Assembly: GCA_030152565.1 (NCBI GenBank)
Contig: JASLJE010000001.1
Location: forward strand, 1,926 to 65,925
Source: Peptoniphilaceae bacterium
GTDB lineage: Bacteria > Bacillota > Clostridia > Tissierellales > Peptoniphilaceae
Direction of reading: 5' to 3'
DNA: 64,000 nt
Below are positions 61,675 through 64,000 of the stretch, piece by piece. Under the pieces are notes generated by a model, which was not told the DNA's origin, did not search any database, and worked only from the letters and a program-made list of their open reading frames with translations. Numbering within the stretch: the stretch's first letter is position 1; every line of letters starts with the position of its first letter. The position numbers and the translations under genes are program-made.

Positions 61675-62358
61675 ATGAAAAAGAGATTAGATGCACTTGT
61701 TGATTTTGTAGATGAGAAAAAAATAGTGGCAGATATAGGATCTGACCATGGAATTACAGCCATAAAAATTTTTGAAGAAAAAAATCCCAGGGAAGTTATA
61801 GCAACTGACATAAGTGAAAACTCCCTGGAAAAGCTAAGGGAAAAGCTTAGAAATAATCCAGACCTAAAGATCAAGACCAGGGTAACTGACGGGATAAGAG
61901 ACCTGGAAGATCTGGGCTTGGAAAATATAGTTATATCAGGCATGGGAGGCTATCTTATAGGAGAAATCCTGGAAGAGGGAAAAAAGGTTGGCCAGGCCTG
62001 TGAAAAACTAATCCTTCAGGCCAATAATTCCTTGGACCACTTGAGAAAATATCTTTTGGCCAATAATTATAGGATAGAGGATGAAGTCATGGTCCTTGAA
62101 GAGGGCAAGTACTATACCATCATAGTTTCAAGGCCTGGGAAAAACCAAGAAGCCTACGATGACCTAGCCTATAGGTATGGAAAGATCTTGATTGAAAAAA
62201 AAGATCCAGTCTTTAAGTCATATCTTGATTTTAGGTTGGATGAATTAGAAGCTATTTATAAAAATATTGAAAATATAGAAACTGAATCTGCCCTGGCTAG
62301 AAAGAGGGCAATAGAGGAAGAAAGATTGGAAATAGGAGGGATAAAAAAATGCTTATAA
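61675..62358 (+). CDS. trmK: tRNA (adenine22-N1)-methyltransferase TrmK
   Basis: 227 aa. KRLDALVDFV...ADIGSDHG... Conserved position after sigA. Confidence 0.85.
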   Translation: MKKRLDALVDFVDEKKIVADIGSDHGITAIKIFEEKNPREVIATDISENSLEKLREKLRNNPDLKIKTRVTDGIRDLEDLGLENIVISGMGGYLIGEILEEGKKVGQACEKLILQANNSLDHLRKYLLANNYRIEDEVMVLEEGKYYTIIVSRPGKNQEAYDDLAYRYGKILIEKKDPVFKSYLDFRLDELEAIYKNIENIETESALARKRAIEEERLEIGGIKKCL

Positions 62359-63125
62359 GAGAATATTTAGCTAAATTTGAAGAAGTAATTGATCCTAGCC
62401 TACAGGAGGACTGGGACAATAGTGGCCTTCAGGTGGGAAATCCTGAAGCTGAATTAAAGGGGGTAGTAGTTTGTTTGGATGTAACTAGAGAGGTTATAGA
62501 CCAGGCTATAGACCTGGGAGCCAATGTGATTATAAGTCACCATCCCCTTATTTTTTCAGGTCTTAAAAGCCTAAGCTACCAGGATGTTTTAGGGGCTAAG
62601 CTGATAAAGGCCATAAAAAATGACATTTTAATTTATTCAAGCCACACCAGCTGTGACCTGGCTCCAGGTGGGATAAATGATTACTTTTTTGAAAAACTAG
62701 GCCTGGAAAAAATATCCTATATAAGCCAAGTAGGAGAAAACCTAGGCTATGGAGCCTATGGCAGGGTTGAGGGCAAGACCAGCAGGGACTTGATAGCCAT
62801 GATAAAAGAAGAGTTTGATATGGAAGACTTGACCCTTTATGGAGATGAGGACCAGGTCCTATCTAAGGTGGGCTTTGTGGGAGGCTCAGGAGCTTCCTTT
62901 ATAGATGACGCCCTAGCCCTGGATCTAGATCTTTATATAAGTGGAGATATTAAGCACCATGACGCCATGGATGCTATGGAAAGAGGCCTTAGTATACTAG
63001 ATCTTAGCCACTATAATTCAGAGAGGCATTTTATAGACCTGGCTGCTGACCTAAGTGAAAAAATCACAGGTCAAAAGGCCTATAAGGTTTATTCAGATCC
63101 TAAATATTTAAGAAAGATATTTTAA
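62349..63125 (+). CDS. Nif3-like dinuclear metal centre protein (YqfO/GTP cyclohydrolase 1 type 2 homolog)
   Basis: 258 aa. WDNSGLQVG, ISHHPLIF and GDIKHHD. Confidence 0.88.
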   Translation: MLIREYLAKFEEVIDPSLQEDWDNSGLQVGNPEAELKGVVVCLDVTREVIDQAIDLGANVIISHHPLIFSGLKSLSYQDVLGAKLIKAIKNDILIYSSHTSCDLAPGGINDYFFEKLGLEKISYISQVGENLGYGAYGRVEGKTSRDLIAMIKEEFDMEDLTLYGDEDQVLSKVGFVGGSGASFIDDALALDLDLYISGDIKHHDAMDAMERGLSILDLSHYNSERHFIDLAADLSEKITGQKAYKVYSDPKYLRKIF

Positions 63126-63152
63126 TGTTAGTAAATATGTGTTAGAATATTA

Positions 63153-63482
63153 GTGAGTAAATCGGATAATCGCGTTAATACGAGGAAAGTCCGTGCACCA
63201 TACAGCAAGGATGCCAGATAACGTCTGGTGGAGGCGACTCTAAGGATAGTGCAACAGAGATATACCGCCTAGCAATAGGTAAGGGTGGAAAGGCGAGGTA
63301 AGAGCTCACCAGCAAATAGGTAACTATTTGGCTATGTAAACCCCATCCGGTGCAAGATCGAAGGGACATAAAACATGGCAGCTGGTCATGGTCCAAAAAG
63401 GTGGATCGCTTGACTTTATAGGTGACTATAAAGCTAGATAGATGATTATCAGAAACAGAACACGGCTTACGGATTTGCTCGC
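63153..63482 (+). ncRNA. rnpB: RNase P RNA, type B (Firmicutes type)
   Basis: Conserved P4 halves GAGGAAAGTCCG (5') and ACAGAACACGGCTTAC (3'). P1 pairing GAGTAAATC / GGATTTGCTC. CGGATAATCGC element. An extended -10 TGTTAGAAT lies upstream and a terminator lies downstream. Confidence 0.92.
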
Positions 63483-63483
63483 A

Positions 63484-63511
63484 AGTGGCTGGAAAATCCA
63501 GCCGCTTTTTT
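63484..63511 (+). terminator. Intrinsic terminator after rnpB
   Basis: AGTGGCTGG-AAAAT-CCAGCCGCT followed by TTTTT. Confidence 0.8.
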
Positions 63512-63529
63512 AAATATAAGGAAGTAGTT

Positions 63530-64000
63530 ATGGAAAGAAAAGATTTACTTTATAATTTCAGGGATAAAATTGAAAAGAAAAGAAGAAGAAAAAATATAAT
63601 TATTATCTTGATAGTTATATTATTTTTATTTATAGGATTTAATATATGGAATAATAGAAAGATTGACCTGGTTTCCTACCAGGTGGAAAATCTTAGAATA
63701 CCAAAGACCTTTAATGAATATAGGATACTTCAGCTGTCGGATATTTTTGGTAAAAACTTTGGCAAGAAGAACAAGGTGCTCTTGGAAGAAATAGATTTAA
63801 GACAGCCAGATATAGTTGTTTTATCTGGAAATATTATAGACAGGGAAGGCGACTATAAGGCCTATCTTTTAAACCTTAAGGAGAATATAAAAAAGCCTAT
63901 CTACTATGTTTTTGGAGATGAGGAATTTTCCCTAGCTGACAAGGACCAGAAGGAGCTTATAAAGTTTTTAGATGACAATAATATTTACTTGATTAATTCT
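63530..64000 (+). CDS. Membrane-anchored calcineurin-like metallophosphoesterase homolog with non-canonical motifs (3' end cut by window edge)
   Basis: ATG 63530, open to the window end (157 codons). N-terminal TM, then RILQLSDIFG, DIVVLSGNIID and YYVFGDEE, aligned by eye to MPP motifs I-III (DxH, GDxxD, GNHE). Confidence 0.5.
   Translation, partial: MERKDLLYNFRDKIEKKRRRKNIIIILIVILFLFIGFNIWNNRKIDLVSYQVENLRIPKTFNEYRILQLSDIFGKNFGKKNKVLLEEIDLRQPDIVVLSGNIIDREGDYKAYLLNLKENIKKPIYYVFGDEEFSLADKDQKELIKFLDDNNIYLINS

Noticed and set aside
61644-61943. 99-aa minus-strand ORF overlapping the sigA terminator and trmK
   Set aside because: It is antisense to trmK, Ser/Phe-rich, and starts inside a coding region with no RBS.
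63175-63396. 73-aa ORF on the minus strand
   Set aside because: It lies entirely inside the RNase P RNA gene (conserved GAGGAAAGTCCG and ACAGAACACGGCTTAC on the + strand). It is a chance ORF in a structured RNA.

Overview
This is a chromosomal segment from a low-GC Gram-positive bacterium (Firmicutes, Clostridia/Tissierellia-like; taxonomy is inference only). About 70 protein genes are present, and all but five are on the + strand. Gene order follows the conserved Bacillus-type backbone: comEC ... holA-rpsT ... lepA-hemW-hrcA-grpE-dnaK-dnaJ-prmA-rsmE-mtaB ... rpsU ... nfeD-floA-phoH-ybeY-dgkA-era-recO-glyQS-ppsR-dnaG-sigA-trmK-nif3. A block carrying a two-component/ABC module, rodA, nth, ileS, fhs and the complete F1Fo ATP synthase operon sits between comEC and holA. 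The sporulation genes that interrupt this backbone in spore formers are absent. RNA and regulatory elements I can read directly: an Ile T-box leader upstream of ileS, a perfect CIRCE operator upstream of hrcA, a type-B RNase P RNA (rnpB) on the + strand near the 3' end, and many intrinsic terminators. I found no rRNA, tRNA, CRISPR array, transposase, integrase or obvious prophage or defence island. I see no convincing evidence for a wholly new multi-gene system. The stretches most worth follow-up are: (1) a response regulator - histidine kinase - ABC ATPase operon with two tandem paralogous ~850-aa double-FtsX permeases and a BceR-type inverted repeat upstream of the ATPase gene; (2) a primary sigma factor carrying a ~310-aa insertion between regions 1.2 and 2; (3) a SixA-like (catalytic His replaced) plus CHAD-like protein inserted between lepA and hemW; (4) a small AT-rich islet with an orphan ArpU-like regulator and an AlaX-like protein that has lost its zinc ligands; (5) an ATP synthase c subunit with the full Na+-binding signature. 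All homology calls come from reading the translations by eye. No database search was run.
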